A DNA stretch of 63,988 bases, the filler included, from Diploschistes diacapsis (taxonomy: Eukaryota), in assembly GCA_023645945.1 (NCBI GenBank). It is 4 parts of 4 records of this genome, joined end to end, with 100 filler letters (N's around TTAATTAATTAA, not from the genome) between each part and the next. Parts side by side here need not be neighbours in the genome. Positions count along the whole stretch, not along the records: positions 1 to 16,121 come from JALAIB010000521.1; 3 more parts are not named here. One strand, written 5' to 3'. Shown in pieces: positions 1-12,799 of this stretch. Within the stretch, counting starts at the first letter, position 1. The number at the start of each line of letters is the position of its first letter. Position numbers and translations under genes: made by a program. The notes beneath the pieces are model-generated. The model searched no databases. It was not told the origin of the DNA and was given only the letters and a program-made list of their open reading frames with translations.

Positions 1-315
1 ATAAGTTTTCGTAAATCGATCATTAACGAATATTTTAAATTAACTAGAAAATTTAGATATCTTATAATAATTATAACGATAAATACCGGAAGATATACTG
101 AAGATATTAAATAAAAAGGATTACTGGCGAGAACGAGAAACACGAGAACGAGAAACATAAATATAAATATAACGGGAAGTTTAGTTTAGTTCAGTTTAGT
201 TTAGTCTAGTTTAGTTATAATTCAGTTCGGCCAATCAAACCCCTGACAAGATACTTTCGGAGTTAATTTCTTATCTACGGTTTTTTCTGCGCCCATAAAC
301 ACACTAATCTGCAAC
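1..315. repeat. AT-rich, TpA-rich degenerate repeat relic at contig start (possibly RIP-mutated)
   Basis: Visibly far more AT-rich than flanking DNA. Contains a (GTTTA)n-like array at ~178-218 and a duplicated GAGAACGAGAAACA at ~128-157. No ORF. Bounded by a 26-bp motif that recurs at 47585. Confidence 0.5.
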
Positions 316-341
316 TATAGTCCTGCGCTTCGCTTAGGAAT
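316..341. repeat. 26-bp dispersed repeat, copy 1 (putative element terminus)
   Basis: TATAGTCCTGCGCTTCGCTTAGGAAT is the exact reverse complement of 47585-47610. Confidence 0.85.
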
Positions 342-1437
342 CAAGGAGAAACAAAAACGTTTTAGCACATCCGATGAGTTTGGCGAAGTCCTATTGCGTC
401 ATAGAGGGCAGCGTACTGAAGGGAGTGGAGCGGATATAGTATAAGCCCGACGATGTTCTGGTGTTTCTTCGGTAATTAAGCATCTGTCCTGTATGATGCT
501 TACAGAGTGGAGAGAGGGCGTAGATATAAATTGCGAAGCGCCATACCTGGGTACCTGCAGCAAGGCCTGGGTATGATGTAAAAAAAGTTGAGGCCGCGCC
601 TCTATTGTTCCGTTTCTTTACCCGCGGGGGCAGCGAGTGTTTTAGAGTAGTATCTACATTGGGTATACTGTTCTTGGCGCCCATTGGTGAGTTGGGACTG
701 CGATGTGAATCATGTGATTGTGTGTTGTTTCGACAGGAGAAGTTTCCAGCCAATAGGAATGGAAGGAGTAAGAAAGTGCGTGGAAAAGAAGAGGAAAATA
801 GGAGGAAAATAGGAGGAAAAGAGGAGAGTTTTCGGTGCCAAGCAAATAAGCACGCACTTTCGGTGTTTGGACTTAAGCCTGTTTGAGTTTAGCTCGGTGA
901 ATTGGTCAGGCACACACACACACGCCCACTACTGTAACTAATTGTACTTGCCCAAGTTTCTCTTTCTCGCTTCCTTTCCCCCCCTTCCCATCGCTACTAG
1001 ACTACTCCTTCTCTTCTTTTCCCGCGCGTTCCATCTTCACCTTCGCTCAATTTTAGTTTGTGTCAGGACACGTTCATTACTACTCACCGTTGCCTCCGTG
1101 GTGCGCTTTGGAGTATATTGTCTCTCTCTCTCTCTCAAAGCGCCAGCACTCATCCACATTCATTTCCTACGGGCAGGACAGAGTCCACACGCGGGTTGTC
1201 ACCTGAGCGAAACATCACCATTGCACACCAGGTGAACGCTGAATTCTCGTTCATTTATTCGAAAACACTGCTGCAAGCCAGCAAACAAACCGAAGCGTCG
1301 TTTGTCAATCGCAAGTCCGAGTAAAAACATAACATTCATCAGTCGGGAACTACAAACCTTTATTCACCCAAAGCAAGAATTTTTGCTCAAAGATTTCAGA
1401 GACAACCCGAAATCTTTTCAAGCACTCCACTATCGAC

Positions 1438-2274
1438 ATGGCTCTAGCAAGAGCGCTGACCAAGCGCTACAAGGCTGGCATGCCGGCCGACGAGGTCTCT
1501 CAGGCCATGCCGACTCGAGTCTCAACACTGAAGAGACTGGACAAGCCCATCGATCGCTCACAGATCTCTCTTCCGATCGAGCTCATCTCTAGTACCAACG
1601 TCATGGCCTATGAAGCTCCGGACATACACACTCTCAATCTGCATTCGCCGCTTTCGGCACTCTCCTCTGCCTCGTCCTCGTCCTTCAGGTCTTACGCAGA
1701 CTCCGAGGCAGGTGCGTCAAGCTCCTCTAGCATGACATCTCCGGACATCTCTCGCGAGCCTTCGCCGACCGTTGCAGAACCCAAGCACACGTCTTATTTT
1801 CCATCTAGTATTGCAAAGCCTACTTCCCCTACCACCCCGGCTACACCCCAATCGTTGATCTTCAAAGAAAACATCGCACCTTCTGTACCAAGCCGTGCTC
1901 CCTCCCACACGAAAAAAACGCACCACGCTCTTGCACGCAAGCGATCTACGCGTCTCTCAAACGAGCCAGACGAAGCACCAGCAGCAGCGCCTGCCCCCCT
2001 CTCACCCACCAAGCTCCCCAAGTTGACCCTCGAGCTGCCAATTCAGGCGAACAAACCGGAATGCACCGAGCATCCGTTTGGCGCTGAGCTAGCCCAAGTC
2101 AAAGAAGTAGCAGAGGAGTTTGGCGTTACCGATGTCCGTATATGGGACGAAGAGGAGCAGTTCCTTCTTGAGAATGGGCTCGGCAAATATGGTGTCGAAG
2201 ACTACCTGAACGAGATCCAGCCGCTTTTCATCCAAGCATTCAGCGACATCTCTCACAGTCCCGCTTGGCTATGA
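1438..2274 (+). CDS. Conserved-looking fungal hypothetical protein, Ser/Pro-rich (278 aa)
   Basis: Intronless ATG-TGA ORF. Ordered-looking blocks IDRSQISLPIELISSTN and HPFGAELAQVKEVAEEFG...EEEQFLLENGLGKY flank a low-complexity middle. Confidence 0.75.
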   Translation: MALARALTKRYKAGMPADEVSQAMPTRVSTLKRLDKPIDRSQISLPIELISSTNVMAYEAPDIHTLNLHSPLSALSSASSSSFRSYADSEAGASSSSSMTSPDISREPSPTVAEPKHTSYFPSSIAKPTSPTTPATPQSLIFKENIAPSVPSRAPSHTKKTHHALARKRSTRLSNEPDEAPAAAPAPLSPTKLPKLTLELPIQANKPECTEHPFGAELAQVKEVAEEFGVTDVRIWDEEEQFLLENGLGKYGVEDYLNEIQPLFIQAFSDISHSPAWL

Positions 2275-5200
2275 ACAGGACTGGAAGCCTGCAATATTAT
2301 ACTCATTATGAGCAGCGCTCATCTTTTACCGGCTACGAGTTAACTACCTTTGTTCAGACAAACTTTTTCATTGTGCATAATTCTGTTCTTTCGATTCCAT
2401 ACTCTCATTAATGCGATCTCGACGGACACGATATGGGCGGAAAGGGAAAGAAATTGACAGTGATCATCTGACTGGGATGTAGCCAGGACCAGTGAAACTC
2501 GAGCTGCAGCTGACAGAACATTATGATACCCGGAGACATGGAACCGGGGGTGGCTATGGTGCTTGACAGCTTTCTTGGCGTTTGAGCCAGCCTTTTGCTT
2601 ACACGAGGTATCTTAGCAGGGTGTTCTCATGCATGATGCGTAGAGGACGGAGCTACTGGTGTGCAAGCTGAGCTGCGAGTCTTCCGATGTTGATGGCTGA
2701 GAGGCGCCTGAGGACATGTACATTGCAACAAGCAGAAAGATGGCTAGACGGGCGCTTAGACAGTAAGCACAATGATGATGATTACTACTATATTTGCTCT
2801 GCTACGACTCCCTTTTGCTTGCTCATCCTCTATCCGATATACTGCAGCTCTTGTACCGCCCTGCCTACTCGACCACATCTATACATCCTATGCGAGCCAA
2901 GGCACTGTAGCTACAAAGAAGTCTGGTGCTTGTGACCCCTTGCTTTACCTTTCTCTCCTTACCTGTTTCTGGAAAGTGAAACAACCAGAAAGTAGGTACC
3001 CGACCTGCCGTCCTACCTTCAATGTCCTGGTAGAGATCATCCCAAGGCCTCGAAGCTGCGTTCCATAAGAAGCTAGGAAGGGCGTTGGCACACTGTCAGA
3101 CTTGTATGAGTAACATATCCATATATTGTACTACGAAAGCTAGCCGAACTAGGTGTGCTTCCGTGTCGTCCGGATCCCCTGGCCCCTCAATCTCCACACC
3201 GGTGCCTCGTGCTTTACCGTGCGTGCTGTTTCCGTTCCATCGTGCACTCTCTCCATTCTCAATACCCTTGGCAGCGAGAGCAACAATTTGTTTTATAAAA
3301 TACTTACAGTCTCCAAGCTAATCATCGGTCTGTTTCCTGCATCGCATTGGTCACGAGTGCCAGAGTTGTTCAATGTAAAGAACTCCTGGCTGTGCTTGTA
3401 TTGCGTTGAGGATGCCGTTGAGACGCCGTCCGTTCAGGGTGGCTTGCTTGATGATGAGTGTTTGGGAGCGAGTTATCGATTGACCGCAGGGAAGTTTCCA
3501 TTGACTTGGCTATTGACTGGAGTTTTGTATCGATTGACTGCGGGGAGATATTCATTGACTTGGACCTGTCGTCCACAGACAAGAGAGGGGTTGTCTCGAT
3601 TGGCTTTGCTTTGGTATTGACATCCTGGGAGAGTTGGTTCAAGCCATTGAGGGGGACAGTGACAGTGTTAGCGGACAGCTTGACGTCAAATGTTCCAGTT
3701 CTGCCCCGGTGTGGAGAGTAGGCCAAGATGACCTGGGATACACTGTTCCCAAGCTGTGGTGCGTGGCCCAACTCTGGTGATTAAAAGAATGGTGCGTATC
3801 TTGGCTAATATGGCAAGAGAGCTTTCCGGCGTGCTCAGGACCTTGAACGCCAAACCCAAAGGACTATCAGTATGAGCCATTGCAGTGTAAAGAGAAAGGG
3901 AGAAGTTTGGTGGCAGGTGCTGCGTTGAGTGGAGCGGAAAGAGAGAACTATGTCTTCCATTTTCGTGGTTGTCGCGGTGCGCAGGGTCTGTAAGGGAGCT
4001 TGCCAGTGTTGAAGCTGTAGGAGAGAAGAGATGGAGGGAAATTAATGATTGTGGATTTTGGCCTATGCACAACCCTACTGCACACCTGCACTTGATCAGA
4101 AATATATATAAAGGGGTCCACGACCTATCTCTTTGAGCAATCTCCATCATTCCCAAAAGTCTACTTTTCAGATCTGCTACCTCCTGTCTTTCATATCGAC
4201 AACAGAATGTCTCTCTCTGAAAACTTTGGCACCTTGACTCTAAATTCAACGGCATCGGTTCAGAAACAGAAGCCAATTGACTTGTCAGAATCAGCACAGA
4301 TTACTATGAGCCCATACCGCAATCAAGGAGGGCAATATGAGTGTGAATCTCTTTTCTAACGAAAAAGGTCCATACGAAAGACTAGATTTTCTCTTGGGTG
4401 TCTTTCATACAAACGGGTACTCAGGCGATGTTAAAAATGATTTAGAACTTAACAAGCATAAAGTGGTGGAAGGTGTCTGGTGTGCAAATTATTCTTAATG
4501 TCGCCTGGAACTCCCACAATGATCTACTCCATCAGGAGTAGTAGAGGGATATATATATGACGATCTCGCACTTTCACAACTTTACAGCAATAGTATAGAA
4601 AACATACTGATGGTATAGCTTTTACGCTCGATGTTCCGTTTCCTGACTTAGAGACGGAAACGCACGTAAGAAAACAGGAGATCACCGCGCTTCCGACCAA
4701 GATCGTGTGGACAATTTTCTGAGATCGGTTGATGAAGACTTGTCTCTGAAGAACTGTGGTGGACGCCTAGAACATGTTGCAGCTGGCCCAATCAGTGACA
4801 GCGAATGTTCCAAGCATTCTAACACAGATACCCTAGACGAGGAATATTATTCGGATTCCGAGACTGCAGTTGACGAGGAAGAGTCGTCCGATGTGGACCC
4901 GACATCAAATGTTCAATACTCCAAAGGGTCGAGCTTGTCGTCACTCTGTCTCCAGGGCTATATCCTTCCTGTCGGACGCACCAACTCTCTACTCAGATGC
5001 CCAGTAAGTCTTCTTGCTTCGGACCAGTTGCACAGTACTAATTCGAGCTCAGGGAAGAATTAGCAGCGAAGTATATGTGTTATGACGATCATGTGGATTA
5101 TGAATATGAGCTCCATGTATGTGACGAGACCTGCGATTCAATGGACATCGATATCGATGAGGTCTTCTGTGAACCCATGGAGTTCAATTATTATGTTACA

Positions 5201-7089
5201 TCTACCTCTGTGGACGACTGCCTTGAACAAATACCCACCCAGACAAACCAGGGATCAGGCGAAGAGGATCTAGAATAGTAAGCTCGGAACCTTCTTCTGA
5301 CGGAAAAGCTTTGTTACACTTTTCAACCTTCCCATCAGCTCCTAGCTCCTGCTCCTGCAGGCGGATCTGCATTTTATATAACCTTAAGACAATCTCAGTG
5401 GCATTGCTCCTTCTCAGGCTTGTTGAGTACCACCACCCTTGGATATAATCAACTCTCAGCTGCCGACACGACTTCGAATAAGATCCTCAATCTAGGCCTT
5501 GGTGTTTTTCCAAGGCCAACGATATCCGTTATATAGGCAGACAATAGCACCCCGTATAATCAGCTCAAGATGAATCTGGCGGAATGCGCAAGCCAGAAAA
5601 TTGCCCTCAGGATACCATTGGGAGCGAGGACAGCGAGATGATGGGGCCTAGGAGCATTGCGCCTCTACAACCATCATGGTATATGATTATGGTCCAATAT
5701 ACTATTATCGACCTCCAAAACGGCGATACGAGTGCTAGAGACTGGTATCAGGATTCTCCTACAGCGACACTCCGAGCTCGAGCGTTATCTGCGTCGAAGA
5801 AAGCCGGTTCTATACTATACGGACCATAATGGGGAAGTGCAGTATAGTATCATACCAGTATATGAATCGTCTCTGGCAGCAATGCTCCGCGCTCAAGCTT
5901 CGCTGTTGGTGAAAACTCCGAGTCTCGGGTTTGTCCGAGGGATTGTGGTGCTGAGATGTGGATGTGCATGGTAGCTAGGGAAAAGGGAGTCCCGATCAAT
6001 ACAGGACTGACTCCTGATCGGGCAATCATGCGGCAGTGGAATGGAAGATGAGTGAGGTTCATCAGGGAATTCTTATGAAGTGACGTTGGTGGTATGGAGT
6101 GGAGGGGTTTGTTTGAGGAGTATATATGTTTAAGTTCCTTATTTTCTATTTGAGAGGTGGAAAGGGGAGATAATAGAAAATGAATGATGCGCTACTACCT
6201 TACTCTACCTACCACCACGTTATCAACGATATCTTCTTTTCCTTCATAAGATTTACTAGTAAGTATTTGGGGCACTAAGGAAGAAACGGGAAAAGGGAAA
6301 CAGTCAAGCGATTTTAAGAATAATTTGCATACCCAGTGCATCTTCCACCACTTTATGGCCACGCAAAAGCTCGAGGGTGCTTCGGATCAACTGTGACACA
6401 ACACCTGAGATACTTGAGGCTTTCCCCAAACTCCTCGATCTAGCTCTAATTGAATTGAAAGATTGTCTGGAGCTCTGGCGTGGCCATCAAAGTGGTGGAA
6501 GGGGTACTGGGGTATGCACTTTATTAATTACCAGGATTGGTAAAGTCCTAGCCTTGAACCAAAAGCAGCAAAACGTCTCCCATTGAAGAAACCCCATCGA
6601 CGCCAAGAATACTTAGGTCTAGGAGGGATACGGATCCCTGGAGGGCTGAGAGCAACAACCCAAGAAGTGTTACGGCGGAACAGCGAGGGTGGGGTCCTTT
6701 TGTATTGCTGGGTGGTGGTGCACTCGTGCTCGCTATTGGGATAAAAGAACAGGGCCTCTTCTTTCGAATTTGAGTTGTCTTCTTGAGTGGAATTAGGGAA
6801 TGGATATAAGAGGTCTCTATACACAGGGCTACTCTTTACAGACGAGCACTTGAGTTCATTTGAAGCCATCACGTGATATAGCCAAGTTTCATCGGAGTTT
6901 ATTATATTGACTCCGAAGCTTGGATGAAGCTGCTTTGTTCATGAACGCCGAAAGAAAAGGATGTAATTTTTGGCAATGGAAGGTCCAAGTGCATTCATAA
7001 CGTGATGAATGCCTAGAGATCATTTTACTTTGCTTAAAGCTGTATCGTCTTCACCCATATCGCCCAATGTTGACTCCTTGTTGCACACG

Positions 7090-10000
7090 ATGACCGCCTC
7101 TGGCCAGGATATTGAGGAGGACCCCACAAGCTCCATCTCTAGCCCACCAGCTCCTGCATTCGTTCCTGGCCGACGAATATCAATCGAAGCATACGGTGCT
7201 AAGAAGCTCCCCAATGTCGAGAGCTCAAGGACTGCCGAGGTTGACGCCTTCGGTCTCCCGCTGCGGAGAAGAGTTTCAAGAGCGAGCACTCAGGGAAGGT
7301 TGGCCAGTAATGAGGGATACCAAGGGAGCAAGGTCTTCGACTCAAATCCGCACTTTTCCAGTGACCTTGCGCAGGGGCCGAGTCCTAGCGTCGAGGATGC
7401 TGCCATTGGTACAGCTAGGAATCAAAGAAGCCATAATACAGGTGTATCGGGGAAAACAGAAAACAATGACAGGGTCAGGGGAGATGGCACCCGGGAATTG
7501 GAGACGCTCCACCACGACGAGAGAGGCAGATCGGTCATGGCGCAAAGTAGATCGAGATCTGCGCAACGCATCGCAGCCGCCAGGTCGAGGAGCTTGGGCG
7601 ATGCGGCTAGATCGAGGTCCAGGGCGGCGTCTAGAAGCAGCGTAGACCAGTGTCGAAGAGCCAGTACTACAAGCGAAGACTTACCGGACGAAAAAAGGCG
7701 ATCAAGATCCGACACCTTGAATAAGATTCAAGAATCTGGTACTGCGACAACAGTGGGTGGAATATCGGAATGGTCGCATCAGGCGCTAGCCCCAAGGAAA
7801 GAGGAGGTAATTGAAGAAAAAGAAGAGGAATGGCAGGCCATGCCCGCTCTGGATAGGTACGATCTTTACGATGACGAGGGGCGCCTTGTGGCCAAGGGCA
7901 ACATGGACTCAGACGACGATGATTTAGGCGGAGGAGGGGCTGGTAGGGGCTATACACGTGTTCAGATCGATGATGACGCAAAGTCCACGACGAGTATGGA
8001 CGAGCATACCAGCTATTTGTTCAAGGAGAAGGGTACGAATGTTGTTGACGAGGATGAGGACCAGCGAGACCCATTAGCACAGATGCAGGCAACCAAAGAC
8101 TTGCTTACCGAAGGACAAAGGATTGCTTATGTTGGGGTCGTTAGACTTTCGATGATACATATGCTCAAAGAGCTGGAGGAGATGCCCTCCGCCAAAGCTA
8201 CCAAGAAGGAGCTAGGAAACGCTACAGAAAGCTTGAAGATGTGGAGCCAGAAGATGATGGTTCGGCTATATTCTCATATGGATATAGACGCAGCTGGTAA
8301 GCTAGAATCAGCGTATATATCATACTGTGCTGACAAGGCTCAGAGCAAGTAATGATCGAACAGTTAGCCGAGCATGGAGTGCGGACATCTGACTTGACAC
8401 CTGCCCTTATGCAGAACGCACGAGTCAAGAATCCTATGGCTGACGTCGACTCCTCTTTGTCGAGCCCAAATAAGCAAGGGTCAACGTCTTATAGAACCTC
8501 GAGAGCTCCTAGCGAAGCTGGCCTGCCTCCGGCATATGAAAACGAGGGGCTCTCCGACGTCAAGAATCCCACTGACCTGCCCGCAACAAAGAACATCGAC
8601 ATTGATCTTCGCTGGACAGTCTTGTGCGACCTATTTCTCGTCCTTATAGTCGATTCGGTATACGATTCTCGGAGCAGGGCACTTCTTGAAGCTGTTGGCA
8701 AGGCTCTTGAAGTTGAGTGGGTAGATATCTGCCGCTTCGAAATGCGCGTGACAGATGCTCTTGAAATGCAGGAGCAAGCAGCACGGGAAAATTGGGATGA
8801 AGCTGAGCACATGGAGAATCGAAGGAAGAAGGCGCTGAAGCGGAAATACATGTACATGGGTCTGGCCACCGTGGGTGGCAGTCTTGTTATAGGACTATCA
8901 GCTGGATTGCTGGCCCCTGTCATAGGCGCAGGCCTCGCAGCCGGATTCACAACGATCGGTGTCGCCGGTACTAGCGGCTTTCTGGCCGGAGCTGGTGGCA
9001 CTGCTCTGATCACCAGTATCGGGGTATCAAGCGGAGGGGTTATCGCATTAAAGGCACAAGGCCGAAGGATGGGCCCCGTAAAAACATTTGAGTATAGACC
9101 GCTTCACAACAACAAGCGCGTCAACCTCATTCTCACCGTATCTGGCTGGATGGCCGGGAAGGTCGATGATGTGCGTTTGCCGTTCAGTACGGTGGATCCC
9201 GTCATGGGCGATATTTACTCGTTACACTGGGAGCCTGACATGTTGCAAAGCATGGGTGACACGATTAGAATCCTTGCTACCGAAGCCCTCACTCAAGGGC
9301 TTCAGCAAGTTCTTGCCGCCACCATCCTGACAGCTCTCATGGCATCTTTGACCCTTCCTATTTGGTTACTGAAGCTCTCGTATCTTCTGGATAATCCGTG
9401 GAGCGTTTCGCTTGACCGATCAGACGCTGCTGGATTGATATTGGCTGATTCGCTCATTGACCGCAATTTAGGCGCCAGGCCAATCACCCTCGTGGGCTTT
9501 TCTCTGGGTGCTCGAGTAGTGTTTTCCTGCTTGAAGGAGCTAGCAAGTAGAGGTGCTTATGGATTGGTCCAAAACGTTTACTTATTCGGCTCTCCAATAG
9601 TTGCGAACAAAGACGAATACTCGAAAGTACGGACCGTCATCGCAGGTCGTTTCGTCAATGCCTACTCGACGAACGACTGGATTCTTGGTATGTGGCTCTC
9701 GTTGCTTGAAATCTATCCTAATTTCTCAAGGTTACCTCTTCCGCGCAACAAAAGGTGGTATCGGCCGGGTAGCAGGACTCGCTGCCCTTGACTCCGTACC
9801 TGGGCTAGAGAACATGGACGTGACATCAATCGTTGCAGGTCATATGGCCTATCGTACCTCAATGCCTCGTCTCTTACGCCATGTTGGTTGGGAAGTGGAA
9901 AGTGATGAGTTTGCGGAAATTACAGACCCCGATCCCGAGAACCATGAAGACAGGCAGCGGCAACTCATTCGTGAGATTGAGGATGCTAGAAAAGAGGCGC

Positions 10001-10671
10001 AAACAAAACCCGAAAAACGACTCTTTGGTTTCTTTAAGCGCGGAAAACTAGCAGAGAAAAAATCTTGGGAAATGTACGACGAAAAGATGGGAGAAGTCGA
10101 CCAGCACACCGCTGGTGCCTCCAGTGGCCTGAATAACTCAGTCTTGTTTGACATTGAAGCCATCAAAAAGGAACTCGAAAGCGAGCACGTGGAAGTCAGA
10201 CAGCTCGAGTCAACGCTTCCGCCGATGCGGATAGAACTCAGCAGTGTCAACGGCACTAGCGACGTTTCTGAAGTTACCAATAGCGAGTCGAAAGCGGACG
10301 AAACTTCAATAGATGGGTTTTCGAGTTCTCTGCGCCTCACAAAATCATTTGATGCGGCATCACTCCCCTCAAATATGGAGACAGTCGATGCACACCAGCT
10401 TTCTAGTACAAACAGTCCTCCTGAGAACATGAGCATAAACCATGGCGAGGAAGGCTGTTCTATTACCAGGGCGAATGCTTCTGCTGAAGGCTTGCCGGGC
10501 AACTCATCTTTGCCGTCCGCTGTTCTCGCCTGGCAGGAGAGCAACAAAAGCCCTGTCAGGCCCGAACTGAAGAGTGCAAATTCCGTGCCCGCCGAGAAGA
10601 ATGCCTGGGTGGATGAAGAGGAGCAAGCGCATTGGGGGAGAGAGGGCGAAGTTGTTATGAGTTTTGAATAA
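7090..10671 (+). CDS. DUF726 / TMCO4-MIL1-like alpha/beta-hydrolase membrane protein
   Basis: Three exons joined in frame by introns 8297-8343 and 9688-9730. Motifs IDIDLRWTVLCDLFL, a hydrophobic Gly/Ala-rich segment, nucleophile elbow GFSLG, and GHMAY. Start could also be 7009. Confidence 0.9.
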
Positions 10672-11073
10672 GCATTAAGACATCAGCATAGCGTTATGGA
10701 GTCACTCACAAGCTTTTCGGATCTTCTCCGACCGCAATTGGTGCTTTGTGCACAGCGATGTTGGATATGGGACTATAATCGCAGATCCTCTTTTCCTTTC
10801 CACGGTTGTTCCATGGTTATATATTTTTTTTGTGGACGAAGTCTGTATAAGAGTGAAAATCGCCAGTAAGCGAGCTGTTAATTGATAGCGGGATCAATGT
10901 TACATACCAAAAGGTCTGAGTCCTTTGACTTTTGTTTGTCAAGGTTGTTTGGGAAGAAATTCAGTCTGACAAGAATTCAAAAGCTCTTCACAGTATGCGT
11001 CAAAGATCTACAACTGCTGTGGCTATGAGTGTCTCCCGGGATTACGCACGAGATCAGCTCTCCACCTACGAGA

Positions 11074-11136
11074 TTAGTCGGCAGTACCAGCTTCGTCGGC
11101 AGTACCAGCTTAGTCGGCAGTACCAGCTTAGTCGGC
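11074..11136. repeat. Minisatellite, 18-bp unit x3.5
   Basis: TTAGTCGGCAGTACCAGC units at 11074, 11092 (one mismatch), 11110, and a partial unit at 11128. Confidence 0.95.
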
Positions 11137-11407
11137 GGTTACGAGATTTATCCGCATATACAGGCAGGATTCAACAACACATTCTTAAGTTAACCACAGA
11201 CAGTTGCCGCAAGGGTATTGGAACATTATTCCAGTAACAAATCGTAGGATTCCTCACCCTATTCCCAGACCGCTTGAAATTTGGTCTAATATATACCTTT
11301 CTCAGACGCTGTTTCTATTGATCTGTTGAACCTCGATACTCCGGTTACCGAAAAGGAGACATAGCGTGAACCTAATCTTCGCCGCAATCATCGGACCATC
11401 GTCGGAC

Positions 11408-11911
11408 ATGGCAAGAACGGTACACAGACAACGAATCAAAAGAGCCTCTCCTTTCCAGGAGTTCTCTGATCACCGATGGAGTTGGTCAAACGAGTATTGT
11501 GCAGAGTACCTCCAATGGATCGATGAAACCGTTATGGAGTCAGGACTTTCCAGTGCCGGCCTCCAAGGCTTGCTACACGATGCAGAAATCCTGCTTGTGG
11601 ACTGCTCATCAGTCTGGTGGGGTACTCGGTTAAGAAATTCTCAACCTGTGCCTGACCAACCATGCCGCTACTTGTTAAAGAGCGGAGCTTCTTATTACAT
11701 CGTACTGGTCGACTTGTTGGACCCCGGGCTGCACATGTACCCCGAGACCTTTACGATACGTCGAATCGACGAGCTACGGACTTTTGAAAGTATCGTCGCT
11801 CATCTAGATTGGGATAAAAACTGTCAATTTCTCCAACTCACGACAGTACTCGAGCTCTCCGGGAGGACCTGGGCAGATTTAATTGAGAAGGGGCTTCAGT
11901 CAGAGATCTGA
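11408..11911 (+). CDS. Orphan/hypothetical protein (167 aa)
   Basis: ATG-initiated intronless ORF with globular, aromatic-rich composition. No recognised family. Confidence 0.55.
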   Translation: MARTVHRQRIKRASPFQEFSDHRWSWSNEYCAEYLQWIDETVMESGLSSAGLQGLLHDAEILLVDCSSVWWGTRLRNSQPVPDQPCRYLLKSGASYYIVLVDLLDPGLHMYPETFTIRRIDELRTFESIVAHLDWDKNCQFLQLTTVLELSGRTWADLIEKGLQSEI

Positions 11912-12799
11912 AGATGATGTAAAGGTATATCTAAGAGCTGCAAATGTTGGAGGGGAGGAAGTCCGCATACAGCTACCCTTTAATGCAATATTTCATATGG
12001 AAACTAATCGATTTCATTAGGACTCAGTTGCTGAGACACATTGATCCAACTCGACCTGGACACCAAAACGTACTCTTGTTTAATAGATACAGCGGCACGG
12101 GTTATCTTGTGGAAAACTCTTAACCAGTAGCTTCCATACGGCATGAATAAATTAGAAACGCTTTGCTGTTGCTTGACCTGCCTTGAAAGTGACGAGATAA
12201 TAATTAGTCATGGTGGATTTTTACATGTTTCCCAAATCTCTTCCTTGTACCTCTGCAAACCCAACCAACGCAGGAGCCTGATGACCATGCGCATTCAACA
12301 ATCTAACTGTACTGTGTAGATCTCGACCCCGAATATGATACTAAAGGACTTTACGACATGATTTCCTATCGGCGCAGCAGCATCTGGAACAATCATCCAT
12401 GCTTATGGTACCCAGATGTCTAATCGGCGGCCACTGCTGCACAATTTCGTTTGAGAACAAATGTAGACCGCTAAGGCCAACATGTGGACAAAGTGCGTGA
12501 GAACGAATACCTGGACTGAGACGACAGGAAAACCATGTACACCATGCGCATACAGTGCTTCTTTGCCTCAAGGGAAGGAAAGTTGCATGCAGCCTTTACC
12601 CCTTTTCACAATGCGAACCTTCTGTTTCTAGTAAAGCGGCTTGGCAGCGATGATCGTTCCACTTTCCCGCCTCAGCCCTGCCAACGTCAGACCGACCGGA
12701 CACACTGGTGACAGGCCAAATGATTTGAGAATGCATGAAATGCGTTACAAGTAGTTGACAATGGATTATAATTAATAGCTTTCAGAGTCATCCTTGGCG

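Noticed and set aside
9849..10547. Long antisense ORFs (also 8489-9013, 21283-21843, 48999-49619)
   Set aside because: Shadows of real coding exons on the opposite strand, with no independent motifs.
11074..11136. Repeat array as a possible CRISPR
   Set aside because: Contiguous tandem units without spacers, eukaryotic context, no cas genes.
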